From NCBI GenBank assembly GCA_039818205.1, contig JBCBUK010000007.1:1-64000 (forward strand): 64,000 bases of DNA, written 5' to 3'. The position numbers and the translations under genes are program-made. Shown in pieces: positions 28,801 to 32,589 of this stretch; position 1 is the first letter of the stretch, and each line of letters begins with the position of its first letter. Under the pieces are notes generated by a model. It was given only the letters and a program-made list of their open reading frames with translations, was not told the DNA's origin and made no database searches. The stretch comes from Verrucomicrobiota bacterium. GTDB lineage: Bacteria > Verrucomicrobiota > Verrucomicrobiia > Opitutales > Cerasicoccaceae.

Positions 28801-28830
28801 AGTTCGTAGTCGGCGAAGCGATTTGATCAT
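1888..28830 (-). CDS. Giant secreted surface/adhesin-like protein (~8980 aa): Ig-like repeats, IPT/TIG, SbsA-type Big_5, LVIVD beta-propellers, LamG-like and Fn3-associated domains
   Basis: Uninterrupted 27-kb ORF. ATG 28830 gives the signal peptide MIKSLRRLRTLGCLVLTGVLWSLSAVHA. Dozens of P.V.I..P..G...A.A.DD..V..V.F Ig repeats; IPT motifs (P..G...GG..V.I.G.GF); LVIVD-like motifs (GLKIYDITSP, LAVVDVSNP); LamG-like GLELWL..EIIIYNRGL..VEDYLAGKY; IYFTLDGSDP. Confidence 0.93.
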   Translation of the reverse strand: MIKSLRRLRTLGCLVLTGVLWSLSAVHAASLGEVSVTYTETSSVGVEAVIDLDPGETVLAVNAELHTWSTQSYLDYYGVRAISSRGDQLLREIMVEDDNSNLLISGYLFDSKFAADPESPGFIFDLPGDVVDRSTPLLLRVEVDFSNSSVNQVFYRLLPDQAPEITSLAVVRLPQSESYAASATVVESGIPLVDVEIALLGTLPSHLIASGGRIDTVDTFLETYSRSLLKATGIPDSEDPSIRQFSSDFKISDGIVPIPESVLYLQVTARDELGNVRSHSDIWRVADVFPRDLLDVDLNFDDNTGDNSPLAGFGSTRQLLVSGIYEGEILLLLNGESGLSVESEDNTIAVVGDNELIYGLLPGTTDLQVTYAGIEKEIAVSVNEDSSLESLSVGNSLVDGALEIDEVGATIQLDVLGNVFDGGSGFSIQMADSRMGTNYTVLDDSVLDVSPDGLVVGLRPGQTTITISNRFTAVPSISLDVVVENSPPAVMLSSSARSVFEGDSFTVFARVTDDQGPDFVAGVDFFVDGVPVYTDLDAPYSLNVAAPEGRAGSYLRITALARDLDNLEAFAEQDDDRGYSEPLDILIRSIGDGETAGAALEFFTSTDHFDFLAEKASEGISGLRPNITAIAEGSRFVVGSILNLAVVADDSDYDQVEFLVNGSPIEAVRSSFPIVYVNDDGDREVAAENAYRASYVVPDIEAGRGLIVTAIGYKGSHRFYTNAIALEAAANDAPNVYFLSHQNLDAIRNNGVTQVSLSVEDDLVVYGSEVVLTLTNQDSGDVIRLVQDNRSARQSIQSGLASAGNQTYTFDVPVPGEPLASAGSTFEVVATVTDYNGAVTDANISLFVQPNQTPQVAFLSPIEGTNWAPGDVLPIEAVVVDDGPLSGQGVGFYLGNELIHFGSGRFDYVIPFEFSGDSLTIVARAQDDEGLIGSSAVSVFVTEDTIAPSVVIVVPEDNTQVLMTEDVGNSVFEARVGFLVSGFDNLGIETVSLYRTTDSDTPLVFVDPSAISVFEDGSFLAPLSLDLKTGSDLSLNDEIQVYAQAIDEAGNVGRSSTIRLKLVEQVVDPLAVSIVYPVLQVSESNGAKSYEAFAGTTLNILVDIPANANVSSISLSDGASMFGASGGFGSYQFSYPVPAAGSYSLTVTVEGYDENGDPATVSDSFALTSRNDDLPPLVDFIQPIQDGSLVDGELTVLLASAADNVGLRASVPVEFSVDGGLTWAPSLREEASVFGGRTFAYEWTPQLLPALTDYTFVFRDNSVDTSASVFPALVVARQNDGTDEDDLVVRVYDAANSFAEFAGEVDDAPLLVSLLDLLSWNDANLTDEDRYDLIKLVALLVPDFEDSASVTLKVSATDNAASENSATADVDVRVLRDAYPSIDVIEPLGNRTVFAGQTMQIQAEFWDDSSGFDKIKISTGSDPADSIEFTESDGEIVLNQETGRYELTTEILIPALPEASADDGAAIILFELTDIKGQQIRTVEVPVVVIPDEEPPIIAITSPQNGTDVLVGGQVSVQIAAEDNRRIETVEVLVDGIAVASIDLDSTGIDALTQTVFVPNPYSLFGTIIVSQTLLYDFDYLLDLASISVPANSRIAVAVRALDVNGNDSTSVPVYIDVVPDMVAPIVQITGPVDGDVLYGVGSVSIGYTVVDNLDSNGELKVNVYEQKDSGDEMLGPENGPFVFEYDFDSNGQTSHTFYATAKDSAENSAESLPVTVSILPESDRPVLPPTLSAGSPAHGSQFLLGSAYTPEIYVIDGAANRMVNMIDSSTAILTKNADENQLIFELENVPGSPLRAVRFVKSDDPEKVFVELSITADGNLSLIQNPGLIPAGAQGFTLEVEWDHSVGSMTRSLFVDGSPLVALTSGLVDRYQIDQTGVTHRFELLIGQDELVAIPLDGFAWDSLTSGLDIFLLNGESIRLESRNHSGTGAVAFSDVTITQDLVGSHREILFQVWDSTEVTSFSSVQTIEIFGETGPQIVFLDGGSAIGGNEIPLVEGADFDFGLTLIDPTGLDNFRVLLDGDQVDAVSNISETQSVFQDTASYTFSAPPSAAGQLWTITVEADDTSLNRSTRSLSLVIVDNAYPEIRVESIQTAGLTLPLDPVNSVLGVEVLQNESVLIPIAASDDVGAPDVTLYIDGIEETGYDFATNPTYAWDTTSVEVGSHLFELVATDSFGQVTRRSFVLNVVPEQRPEGILITPLAGQTVTEGSVVLRLQALAWDSNGVGKVKFLIAGQEYDTIEANELTKVAFTDSGDLVNFDSRIEAGMKRMGWRGLDFVDGAYTLQLAETTVQVPERLLVVNQEVEFAIEVIDGNLADPNADYYSHRIKVIDDVVEPVVTISEPFENFELPVGAYMDVRFRGGDDAAVSSVKVWDGADPATVFTDSSPFYVNSNIAKKDFLTNTVNTIDTPVFGTRLQAAAIGPRYLGFEVTDVNGNTSRITRNYQVVEDESPIVDILQPEPGSFFPEGSLVTVTANATDDVAVDQVIFYVKDSSGTDIPSSPFIDPTFPYSISFSVPNLLDGTLAISAIAFDSAGNTASEPPLTIYTKEDRPPTISVSNPTNGAQVYEGIDLLLQASAGDDVAVRSVTFLIDGQPVYTDTFAPYEFFWDVPFERVGETISVGASALDTSGQSTLADQNQVSIVSDDIAPTVEILSPVDGSAITVGQSLRISAQATDNVGVASVSFYRDGDSSPLAIDISPPFELSQVFDSASGQVILRAVALDTAGLSSTDEITIAVVDDRPPVVHDIVPADGTELIKGSIVLVSATADDDIDVTSVEFLINGTSIGRDFVLPYTKQFLVEGEVGDLINVTARAWDTKSQYSEKSVSYAVVADQPPEVALALPMDGSLIFAGESVRLQASATDDLEVDRVEFFVNGTRVGRALQSLGDQGTFDANTVFESFFTTPTGAESNIFTLYAVAYDSSGQFTQSESVVIGQLEDVTPPEVEIFSPVEGDIVTESEALRIAAQTRDLSGIAGVRFFLLDDNDVPTLLNTDYVPAPDFVWAPYTHDFLVPTGIAGETLRFYVEAEDNSGNVARSSIISVEVGMRTTNVVTSELPIPNQPSEPMQVVHSEAKDGRLYLLSTVENRWKFEIYDTTFGMYPPRKFGEFLTDEFDLDSAENLNNFPFQAARTFTVHRNHAYVLWQDPLGNQSYLTVLKLTESDPANMIQAHTRFVGATANSITADGDLVVVSNGSYGLFFFDVSNPAQPVRTDWILSSNVTLSNGVATGSGGEDFYDVAISGNYAFAAAGSAGLKIYDITSPDKSQARINTALFSNEFDSSNNRLEYTPGGRAVAIAVQGDLAYIAFDAFDDYAEYYNSLAVVDVSNPVEPVVIRELNYIPNRSDYFNGGARSIYVEGSLVAVSIDVLKDIVPDTEVLDGDFAKGLLQIVDLGDLSNGATQPSVLLNANLAGPATSIARANGAFAVTTGFSGMQIIPQQVLSVNEIVPALAEFGVGTDSVVMVRFSEAIDPASLLADEIALYEVTSAGRSPSDLVVSASTTANGAVVSLNPEQSLSDNSQYEIVISDSVRSLSQRPLGQIYTSQFFTGTDSIGAPPEIESIANTNTQASAKYVGLAGGETLEILGSGFSDQPTVWIGGVQAEVISATDGRIEVVVPRNSSGSGSVEVLNGAGKYAIVHGAIVYVDELTVDLVTPAVGSLDGGDIVEVVGGGFMPGMSCQFGAQAASDVWVLSPTRLQCRIPAQASFGFVDVSVRSADNTRSAYREDAFLYSQFEEAYDIANFFDFDSIDNLNTQSSYDNNTDLAPGYPAGIAVHDDLLFVVTDSSDLGGSNFQGINSFATTVTELETTSVASSLAIVTLPGDPADIEGDPPILRDQIDLPLPLIPNGIEYTEFDSDSDGLEERYVIVSFDTETLIHLAPDQIYDDPGFVLVEVKDTDGDGNATDDYYNISSEIVRGAFRGFVVGEIVDMAVRESFLLVATRDHGLCGFDLSNPSKPVLVNHQTLFTINGIGQTPVIYSVELFGHLAYLGTESGMLVVDIRTPNYGIVGVGSYPIYGALDVEGEIALVAELDHSLGVADVFPVEGSRMVQTYDSDLFAKNVVGENPQLQGGLGVLTYGNMLGVYDVSTPALPQLFSGVLLESHYSGGAVTATDVELVDGMAVVATALPRVPKSILGECSWFPGRVGGDCVVPTGGLRFIPLPVPTVVRLNPDHFAAGVPADATIDVEFSVPVLSGSVLAGGLRILDSSGASVAGTILPTSGDAKLFTFDPDESLDSGATYTIVLSPDIESSGASTYNLLGPIESNFTVQSTNAVPSISSVTPSFGGTAGSVPVVISGTNLDSATTVTFAGQVLSLDTGSGFEAGEYQINGDGTQITITTPSLSSPGMAAVEVLNATGEGDIVYDGFLYEQSLEVESVSPASGVEKGDTVVTISGTGFDINGNVTVSFGGNDVGSSNVQVISSELIRVRTPAGSSGKVGVTVTNHGGPDPDVYFTLTEGFEYTIAPSATIATGLSRDWAVTEDKIAFVIGDSALKVVELQVDETDFSNRTNLVQTIDTLDFTSGDLRSVAVQPERDLVFVTSSTELFIIREIPPPTVVVSGGSGAQPSAKLELILTLPLGSKHGRGVCATGNVAYVAAGPDGVLVFNTSFPEMAFQSYNIETEHEALGVELVRDRVLIVQQRDDVTGDGFAQFFDAISSEHQPLANSEVYGSGFVGDSLGLLPISYRRMTTLGDVVYFVGESGIEEFEFDFDASPLALPKFQDAGPPVGVSSVGLNDVATSRDGVLYLAHESLGLIYLDGASTDLSAWSTIASVDTSGSSGELLRVVNRAGEVYGLSADGTIQIVDSYQQSILRISPAPDVINPRSIPEIRIDFSQNLAATTAANIESLVSLSRAATPTPIPLTLDTDYTIDPIATDGNTVVLRLSEGALQAGSTYLLSVNRDENHGVIREQLLANYTVSFDLAGPPSEGAGDAVAPEIYDIYPGFASIDGGTVITIVGSQFTDGTVVTVGGEPAVILERRGFDSQTGFYTVLKVVVLKTSLFTGAGQAQVSVINPSIDTDHDGDSATDDVNLSLSDSWLGGVQFFDGISISEITPHFVSAAGGTRITIRGDGFLPGNSLAPGATVDLNGVTLTDVEYVSPQMLTAVVPDGYFGPVDVTVTNRSIQQAGYDRSTAIDGIEYGLRLLGSTSFENSAPKYLLSDPEFSGKLVYTSGGLFNDGNRIKLPINNVPFVSSIYSSYYALAFDLSDSETPIPAQAKTSNFSAAEVDRYLINPRGGDTKYIESGRAPDSRSLAIANFVDNGSLERRMLLVANGSSGLTALDLLEDYVPGQENTEWDILATDFGTESDLAADVAASGSLAVVAVNGSDISKQRLDFYDLSNYIVGSGDAPNRVDPVRIGSLGLAASRVIIEDGLLILAETVIHEPNYVVDLEIPRRPAMPPNEPKYPKPRYSGTFGSFAPSNFDEYGWDIGFPDRSGWQYWVDHGPGVSNQLKLIELSNLPSHLNQSASAVSVDLEFTLGQPVDMAVEGDLLAVAVQDDGVHLFDLSRLDQLELLDAIPVLPDLSNPFAPQVPEYPFGLPGYLGYLSVPEAEIVETGGRYSRVELRGGYLFVAAQKGGVRIYDLNNPDLSDPQRPEYKLVSAGNVEMALDVEVVEDSVVVTGNGEIKTFELPFNFVLKSFPLDGDKHVPTNSEIVVNFARGLFTNGINLGDEVSLFRKESDGSWQTIAGSLSFPETGTDDYRLVISPADSTAVDNLAADTEYRVELTTALTDTKGGRLQSLVNFGFKTLPVGAQVPEIYRVEPFYVYAADQGQGSTIKITGKDFDVNGLQVELNGQPAAVVNRSETSLDVQWPASGLDAGPGVVTVTNVNGGASTACFGKFVVIDPVVPGSISIEGSGGPISGEDRISISSSDKIFPAGIDIEFRGPAYLSGKQSLVGLDVRSLSEVFGYVPRADFPGRVDIYLILPDQTEYLIGSWNYILETEPSISLGLNASGMRVVGDAIYAVGDQVPAQLRLINISNPTAPDEIGYPTAIGASNDVFVLDDLLATVSSSGALVIYDQSDSTRIFAADQLLLGGEATGIDYFNDAFFISVFDGVETSRILQVDPRNPRLLPLSEFVSDIDGNLLDIDYANGWFYGLLRVEGSDDELRILQVSTNGGVEASNVIPTEHYANGAPSESALAVRGGLAYISVEEKVLVVDPTSGALRFFAEVNDPITSFDYARGMLWVNNGGNITPIMVPQLYVDSDLDGEVLNLDELRVDFSLPVKPDSVAPNAAVYLDDGDGVVEPDQDLLIDGEWPVIYTATASYAEFNPTPNSWLDGTYHVVVSAGGSPEIESLQNGLRLISDWHATFTVVNALPVVIKSVTEHYNLATETNTIVISGDGFSDNDVIDVAGLSINSSIPPTFDTLTGEWTVDIDPLGHTDYGMAALTVTSSAGRSDTFYGALNIIPPLAVNGFVGLDSSDPAGGIRVYLEGNGFVPDQVEVFIDGIRSVGVVVDSQNRLSFIVPASSLGSFGSVDVRVIRLAGTPNESSITLADAFTYTTPSLPPTSNAYGGHVAEISVAGAYLTALIFDADSNPLLLNIDSSNPAVLSELQDLTNDTNLTLAGTGVNTFFLDDSTDRLYVGTDTQLVVLDTALPAESSLEEVFGVSSPIRSIERVGNLIVLGTDQGLQIIVITPLGLSSDAFAADDGKVEHLASDGSKLYYVHPHPTNAGESVLSVRDLQDPGFASVAGAGVEFDGTVTDLQLSEGIAYLAVEKPNSAKVYVYDVSIPSARVLLGELLPVADYFDSDLEPAIASIDVFGSLVFLATRDGGVQVFDLTIDRAGQSILSDLVLYSDSKEDVTAVRYDDGYVFVGTEGGEIRVVPFIVPTIVKVSPANGSKVPVTVAIDLQLNRILANDFSAAAFNASDSMGLQLIEAGGSVVATSLEHFVEGNTSLLRLIPLSPLNPATDYEIRLLSPLTDVSNNVISSGFSSMFSTADDPSSIQPVVYGLSPTFGPDLGGQTVYVRGEPGSFDVASGFLVSLGSESYDHTSVSLSADGSELSFITLPEQEGAVSLEIVNPGGLSQRLNHSYVYITAPLIGESSPSSVGESGGNVVTLSGSYFYPNSLVFVDGVPARNIEVLSSSTIQFETPAHAPGSASVTIDNGFGLTAVKAKVLLYERLLSGQIASVANGVLDLSSATTLDAIYALNAATDELLQILPQGRPDLKGINDAFAYDLSALVEKPRQVAETSRGVFVNYGSFISLHDRADLSDFVTIPLSQDTNLIEFVASGQYLVGLHKDDTAQELLVFDTLQASVPIIAAHSVGSDGDIVSLRPFELADGFVVSVAEGSSATIKLIDLLDGLAERTKSLDLSVGGQSIVGVTCHGYEIVLTLDDRSVRIVDLNNTSNSESDYVQSISLANGSDLAFLRGNELYSAAGTVLEVYSILNPTEKLTQISTLSEISEIQEWNDILYIETVSGLVAAEAPYSVFPLAPVTDLTLGPEDDYDPLTATIVLPSGGVGFSGGEQITLNGGGFTRDLQITATDGQGGFLPIDVETYSDTSISFRVPAGHSSLSITVTRPADAALLSSLTINRSDIVQPTVLLVSPSDRTRALSTDTEFEIRFSEPMDVSSLAVNWYQNGVSVSSPPMSWNSLNTILTISPILLESQHYTLELLPTIKDANGNSLDPTSAFINDYLTVDSTAPVITGVSLDKSNASVGSLVVITADLDDDMDAKSVDGAEEGLTPGRIEFWLDPSASVSNDEVFIDYADGYDAVNNQAVLTTSSIPLVTGGDIVVFATDRSGNTSSFRKSDAITINAVTPPAVVFNNAPSSLTEGLSFDQTLDVSANSEPVAHVTLLVDGIALETVAGNVTTASFTNILVPDYFADDPHEFVLTAVVEDILGNATTASHTVSILQETTLPSIEILAPGSSELNFILGSVISVRARATDNKAISRVEVTLTDDESDGVTDTFFSASSSVPGGDLETFTFNINTANFADSTVQNYTLKAVAYDVSGLSNDATLSLSSTQDTDPPEIFNIASSEPLVLGLPVTLSVQVTDAVVGVDSVTFAIDNVDLATFAAEPDNTYDFVYNTSIDDQPGTRIFTVQASDKNGNTTDLGLPEASLDLDLVKSTPEITLVEVIPSTGLIENTPFSVTVSANSELSLEAIILRFNDETHVQNVSANGDYTFNLNVPPFVDSAPMTIEAEVRDIGGESFVSSTNIVVDQDLAPLGTLSVPNLAVAGQNIAIDLLAQDDLGLSSLTLSIQHPDTTNHPLLDETLDPVRLSDSRQVVYMLPADVGGIYQVTATLDDGVNPPVILPVESIDVSPDNAPFNVEILSPVDDALIEYGSIVQFVVVAQDDVAVTDLKLYVDSDEVAGSYQTIEPDHYLFQIDPTSLDYGEYTVSVRAFDANDRSSESNLINLIIDFPLASAGIPVDGLELWLNPEGIRVDSVDTDHVIYWSNLAFNGWDATAVSNPALVTAESLDAVELDGVDDYFELPAREIDFSQGITVFVRAKPEPESNSGPNANYARFFSFANGQFDDNVVFARSEETDAFYYGTMQGDQTGDSNWKFILSGDNVILNDSFSTYAVRHESSGDAQLFFNGALVSIADSPSPEFLRPLKTIRRLNYIGNTLWNTDLFKGQLQEIIIYNRGLTEVERQQVEDYLAGKYNQRTETPMASVPSGQYNEAIDVYLFNSSDFTDLEVSMSLVQESTDYAFNFSVTNNSSLLSVDSIQLDLPSGAYFDSFGDGSLPTGATVTPDPGGGNETPPERYQSITLGFVDSLLADDSLVFNTSGSHYDIDFDEPRAPDAPTSLNAEVILSNGHILEGAFSKSTSSGDGLDTWTFNEASFVKEAAIYFTLDGSDPVPGQTGTHYYAGHSVPLPVDPTDLAAITLKARAYLNGFYPSAIETVNYTFVDGPPSTAGINITDGAGTVLSSASDADTISFDIDVGYLGADQSYFVRVLENGVEVPSLTGNYTGRDLVLPYEIPDLSAGDMFFEYEVDINNGSVTAGPASIYVVPQNYPPAPPRIVNPIAKP

Positions 28831-28911
28831 GCAGTCCATAAGCAGGAAATGTAGAGAAGATGATCGTGTGACATCCAAAATTCGGTGCGCAGAGTATTAA
28901 GGCCGGAAATT

Positions 28912-31900
28912 CTACTGACCTTCATATTGGTCACCAACGCGCCCAAACTGCCCCATGTAGACATCTCCGCGGCGAACAAGACCATTAACCTGCAGGTCGC
29001 CGTCGATCTGAACGTGCCCAGCAACCGTCAATCCGTCAGGATCGGCTGGATCCGTCCCAGAGCTAATAGTTACTGAACCATTACTGTCGGCAATTACGAC
29101 CGACTGGCCAGCGGCGGTATCCAGACTTAGATCAATAGCTTTGAGATAGCTCTCAGCCGCATGATCACCCCAGCCAAAGGCAATTTCGCCATTGGTCGTA
29201 TCGCCACCAGCTGTCAGTGAGACCCATCCCGGATTACCAAGACCATCGGCATCCGCAACGTAACCCTCGAACGCATCATCAGTCGAATTGTATCGGATAG
29301 CACCTTGCTTCGGAGTGGAGGCCAGATCACCAATCACGATCGCGCCCCCTACTTCGAGCTTCTCAGTCGGGGCGGCAACACCAATTCCAAGGTTGGCGTT
29401 GAACGCGACGGTTGATGAGTCCACGACTTCAACAACGTTTACCGCCGGGTCAGTTGGGTCGGTCAACGCACTGCCAGAGCCTGATCCCGAGCCTGCGATG
29501 GTCGAGAGGTCAACTTGATCACTGGTGCTGTCCGCATAGTTGATACTCAGGATGTTGCCACTCAAGGTCAGCGTATCAGTTGCGAGCAGATCGGCCGGAT
29601 CCAGATCGAAACGCTTCCAACCGATTGTATCGACGTATCCCTCAAAAGTGTTATCTGTGGCATTATAGCGAATCGCTCCTGGAGTCATCGTCGTCGTATC
29701 GCCAACAACAACCGCTCCATCAATAACTAGCCGCTCCGTCAAAGGAGTTGCTCCGGTGCCAACGCCAACGAAGCCGTTCGTATCAACGGACAGCCGCTCA
29801 GCGCCCGCAGTCGCAAACGCAAGGGTGTCCGCCGCCGGAGAAAAGATTCCAGTATCTGAATCGCTATCGAAGCTAAAGGTTGGTGCAGAGACGGTACCAG
29901 CACTTAGGCCCGTAACACTCGTCGCCTCGGGTCCAGTTAGGTTTGCGATGACTCCCCAAGTTCCACTTAGTTTCTCGTAAACATCACCCGTCACGGTGTT
30001 TAAATAATAGTCTCCGTTGTCTCCGGTCGCGCCATCTGGTGCGCCAGCCCCATTGAACCAGGATGACCCGCCGGAACCACCAACACCGGAGGTCAGCGAG
30101 ATCCAAGTTGAGCCATCATAGCCTTCGAAATCGGTGCCGGTCCAACGGATCGCACCAGCCGATGCTAAGCCGGTTGCATCATTAAGAATCAACGACCCGT
30201 CGACCTGAGCATGTCCATCAACGTGCAGGGCTTGCAGTGGCACCGAAATGCCAATACCGATCAAATCATTGCTTAAATCGCCGTAGATCGTATTGCCGAT
30301 GTTCAACTGGTTGCTGCTGTTAGGGTCTGCGAGGATCGTATCCTTACCAATCGCGATGTTATTGCTGCCAGTTAGCTGGTTCTTACCCGCCGTCGATCCA
30401 ACGAAAGTGTTGTCGCTACCATCCGTGATGGATGTTCCGGCAGAACTACCTAGGAAGGTGTTGCGATCACCAGTCAATAACGCGTCTCCGGAATAGCGAG
30501 CTACCGCGACGTTATTTAGCCCATCCGCTAGCTTCCTAAGCCCCCACTCACCGAGCACGACATTGTAACGGACATCATTCGGACTATCCAATGTTCCGGC
30601 GTCCCGCATTGCAAATCGACCAATCGCTATATTGCTTTCCGCATAAAAGGAGTCTGCCATAGCGTAGTAACCAACAGCCAGATTGTAGTTTGCCAAGTTC
30701 TCCTGAAGCGCACGACTACCGATTCCAATATTACCAATTGCGGTCGTCGCGTCCTTAAGAGCGCTTTGGCCAATCGCAATGTTTGCGTCTCCAGATTCGT
30801 TTCGGAACAAAGCCTCAGACCCGAACGCAATATTGTTTCTGCCGGAAGTTACATCTCTGCCAGCTTCTACACCGAAAGCGATATTGTTGTAACCAGTGGT
30901 GATGACTGGATCACTGAGAAACCGCCCCATAAACAGATTAGTGCCCGCAAACTGCAGGAGGCGCTGATTGGAATGGACAATCTGAAACAGGCTGGTGTCG
31001 GCCGTATCGATGAACTCAATTATGTTCTCAGTTTCAACCACATCCGCAGTCAAGACTCCACTGCCATTCAGGAAAACTGAAGCGCCGTCAACCGCGATAT
31101 CTTTCGTCACTGGATCAAAAACGATAGCTGGGCTACCCGTAGCGTCATACAATGTCAGGGCATTTGCTCCAGACAAAGACATCTGTGTTTCTGCCGAGAG
31201 GTCTGAATTCTGCTGCCAAAGCCATTCTGCCAAGGGCTCATTAACCGAAAACTGAACTGAACCAGCAGATACCGGGTCCGACTGATAGTCGGAATACTGA
31301 ATTGTCAGACCATCCTCATTACCATCGGAGGTGGCGTTCGGGCCGACATAGGCTTCGATCCGAAATGCACCCTCTACGTGGGCATCGGGCGTGCCTACAA
31401 GGACATCAAGACCGTCATCCAAGCGAACATTGTCGAGGGCAACACCGGCAGCCGGGTTACCAATATGATCGGCATAAAATCCAACTAAGTAAAAATCGTA
31501 GTTTCCGGTATTCGAAAGAGGAATCTGAACATTCTCCCACTGATCTAGTGCACTTAGTCCTCCTGTGGTGATCGATCCAGTTGCGAGCTGCGTGAAACCG
31601 GAACTTGCCTGGGGTCGAAAAAGCTTGTTGCTTTGTATACTGACATCATCGGCGATTAACGCATTTTCCAGCGCTACGACATCACCGGTGAATCCATAAA
31701 CAACATACGTTACTGCGTCGGTATTCGTTGTTGCGGCAACACCCGGAGCCTGAACTGTGACCGTATTTCCGCCGTCATAGTCATAGGTGGTGAGGACAGC
31801 GACGTCCAAACTTAATGTATTGTAGACAGCACCTCCCGTCGTTAAATTGAAGAGAGTTGCCGAAGCTGTGTGAGAACCACAATCGACAAGAAGAAACCCT

Positions 31901-32169
31901 CCCGGATTCCCGGAAGTCGACTCGTAAAGAAAGGAACCATAACGATCCTGCGTGACCGACGAATCCGTTGTCTGCGATACGTTCAACGTATATCCGATGT
32001 TCCCATAGCCGGTCCATCCGATGTCCAAGCCACTTGTACGGAGATTCCAGTCGTTGTGAAATTCCTGGCCATTGCTGAAATCACCATTAACGACAGCGCC
32101 TACATGCGCAGGCGACATAAGCAAGGTTAATAAACAAGCGGCGGCAGTAATTGGAAATACTTTAATCAT
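28912..32169 (-). CDS. Secreted tail-fibre/trimeric adhesin-like protein (1085 aa)
   Basis: Signal peptide (MIKVFPITAAACLLTLLMSPAHVGA); N-terminal NGDF...LDNVRL jelly-roll-like domain; ~17-aa N.A.G..A repeats; three GIG...P...L.V.G plus GAIR(Y/W)...FEGY...W units; GTVSAPTFSFDSDSDTGIF and GDYYLNTVTGDVYEK motifs typical of phage fibres. Confidence 0.8.
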   Translation of the reverse strand: MIKVFPITAAACLLTLLMSPAHVGAVVNGDFSNGQEFHNDWNLRTSGLDIGWTGYGNIGYTLNVSQTTDSSVTQDRYGSFLYESTSGNPGGFLLVDCGSHTASATLFNLTTGGAVYNTLSLDVAVLTTYDYDGGNTVTVQAPGVAATTNTDAVTYVVYGFTGDVVALENALIADDVSIQSNKLFRPQASSGFTQLATGSITTGGLSALDQWENVQIPLSNTGNYDFYLVGFYADHIGNPAAGVALDNVRLDDGLDVLVGTPDAHVEGAFRIEAYVGPNATSDGNEDGLTIQYSDYQSDPVSAGSVQFSVNEPLAEWLWQQNSDLSAETQMSLSGANALTLYDATGSPAIVFDPVTKDIAVDGASVFLNGSGVLTADVVETENIIEFIDTADTSLFQIVHSNQRLLQFAGTNLFMGRFLSDPVITTGYNNIAFGVEAGRDVTSGRNNIAFGSEALFRNESGDANIAIGQSALKDATTAIGNIGIGSRALQENLANYNLAVGYYAMADSFYAESNIAIGRFAMRDAGTLDSPNDVRYNVVLGEWGLRKLADGLNNVAVARYSGDALLTGDRNTFLGSSAGTSITDGSDNTFVGSTAGKNQLTGSNNIAIGKDTILADPNSSNQLNIGNTIYGDLSNDLIGIGISVPLQALHVDGHAQVDGSLILNDATGLASAGAIRWTGTDFEGYDGSTWISLTSGVGGSGGSSWFNGAGAPDGATGDNGDYYLNTVTGDVYEKLSGTWGVIANLTGPEATSVTGLSAGTVSAPTFSFDSDSDTGIFSPAADTLAFATAGAERLSVDTNGFVGVGTGATPLTERLVIDGAVVVGDTTTMTPGAIRYNATDNTFEGYVDTIGWKRFDLDPADLLATDTLTLSGNILSINYADSTSDQVDLSTIAGSGSGSGSALTDPTDPAVNVVEVVDSSTVAFNANLGIGVAAPTEKLEVGGAIVIGDLASTPKQGAIRYNSTDDAFEGYVADADGLGNPGWVSLTAGGDTTNGEIAFGWGDHAAESYLKAIDLSLDTAAGQSVVIADSNGSVTISSGTDPADPDGLTVAGHVQIDGDLQVNGLVRRGDVYMGQFGRVGDQYEGQ

Positions 32170-32589
32170 TATATATAAATATATATCGTGGGATGAAGAG
32201 GCGTACTCTATTGTTTCCCCAAGTCAAAGAAAAAGATTCAGCATAGGTCAATTTCCTACAATAACACCTTTATTTAATTTTTTATATCACATTGTTATCG
32301 AACATTCACACAACAAAGAGCATGTCGGCTCGACGTTAAAAATGGAAATTCTAGATTTGGGAAGAGCCTGTCTTCTAAATGTTAGAAACACATCTGCGAT
32401 TCCGATACCAGAAACTCCTAGTCAGCAAATGAAATGCCGATCTTTGAAACTCAGATCTCAATCTCAATAAATGTCGCGTCACGGCGATACATACCAAACA
32501 GGCTGAACCCCCACTGCGAGCGCATTCTATCCCTGCTGACCACCTAGAAATCCAACACTTTCTTTTCATATCGGCTAATGATTCACCTT

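Noticed and set aside
28800..28878. TTG start at 28878 and a Tat signal (RR) for the giant
   Set aside because: ATG 28830 gives a cleaner signal peptide; SLRRLRTL lacks the RRxFL consensus and a folded 9000-aa Tat substrate is implausible.
28912..32169. Prophage, tailocin or contractile injection system
   Set aside because: No capsid, terminase, sheath, tube, baseplate or integrase genes in the window, and the fibre-like protein has a signal peptide.
1..32169. Horizontally acquired island
   Set aside because: GC looks only slightly lower by eye and I could not compute it; no integrase, transposase, tRNA or boundary repeats seen.
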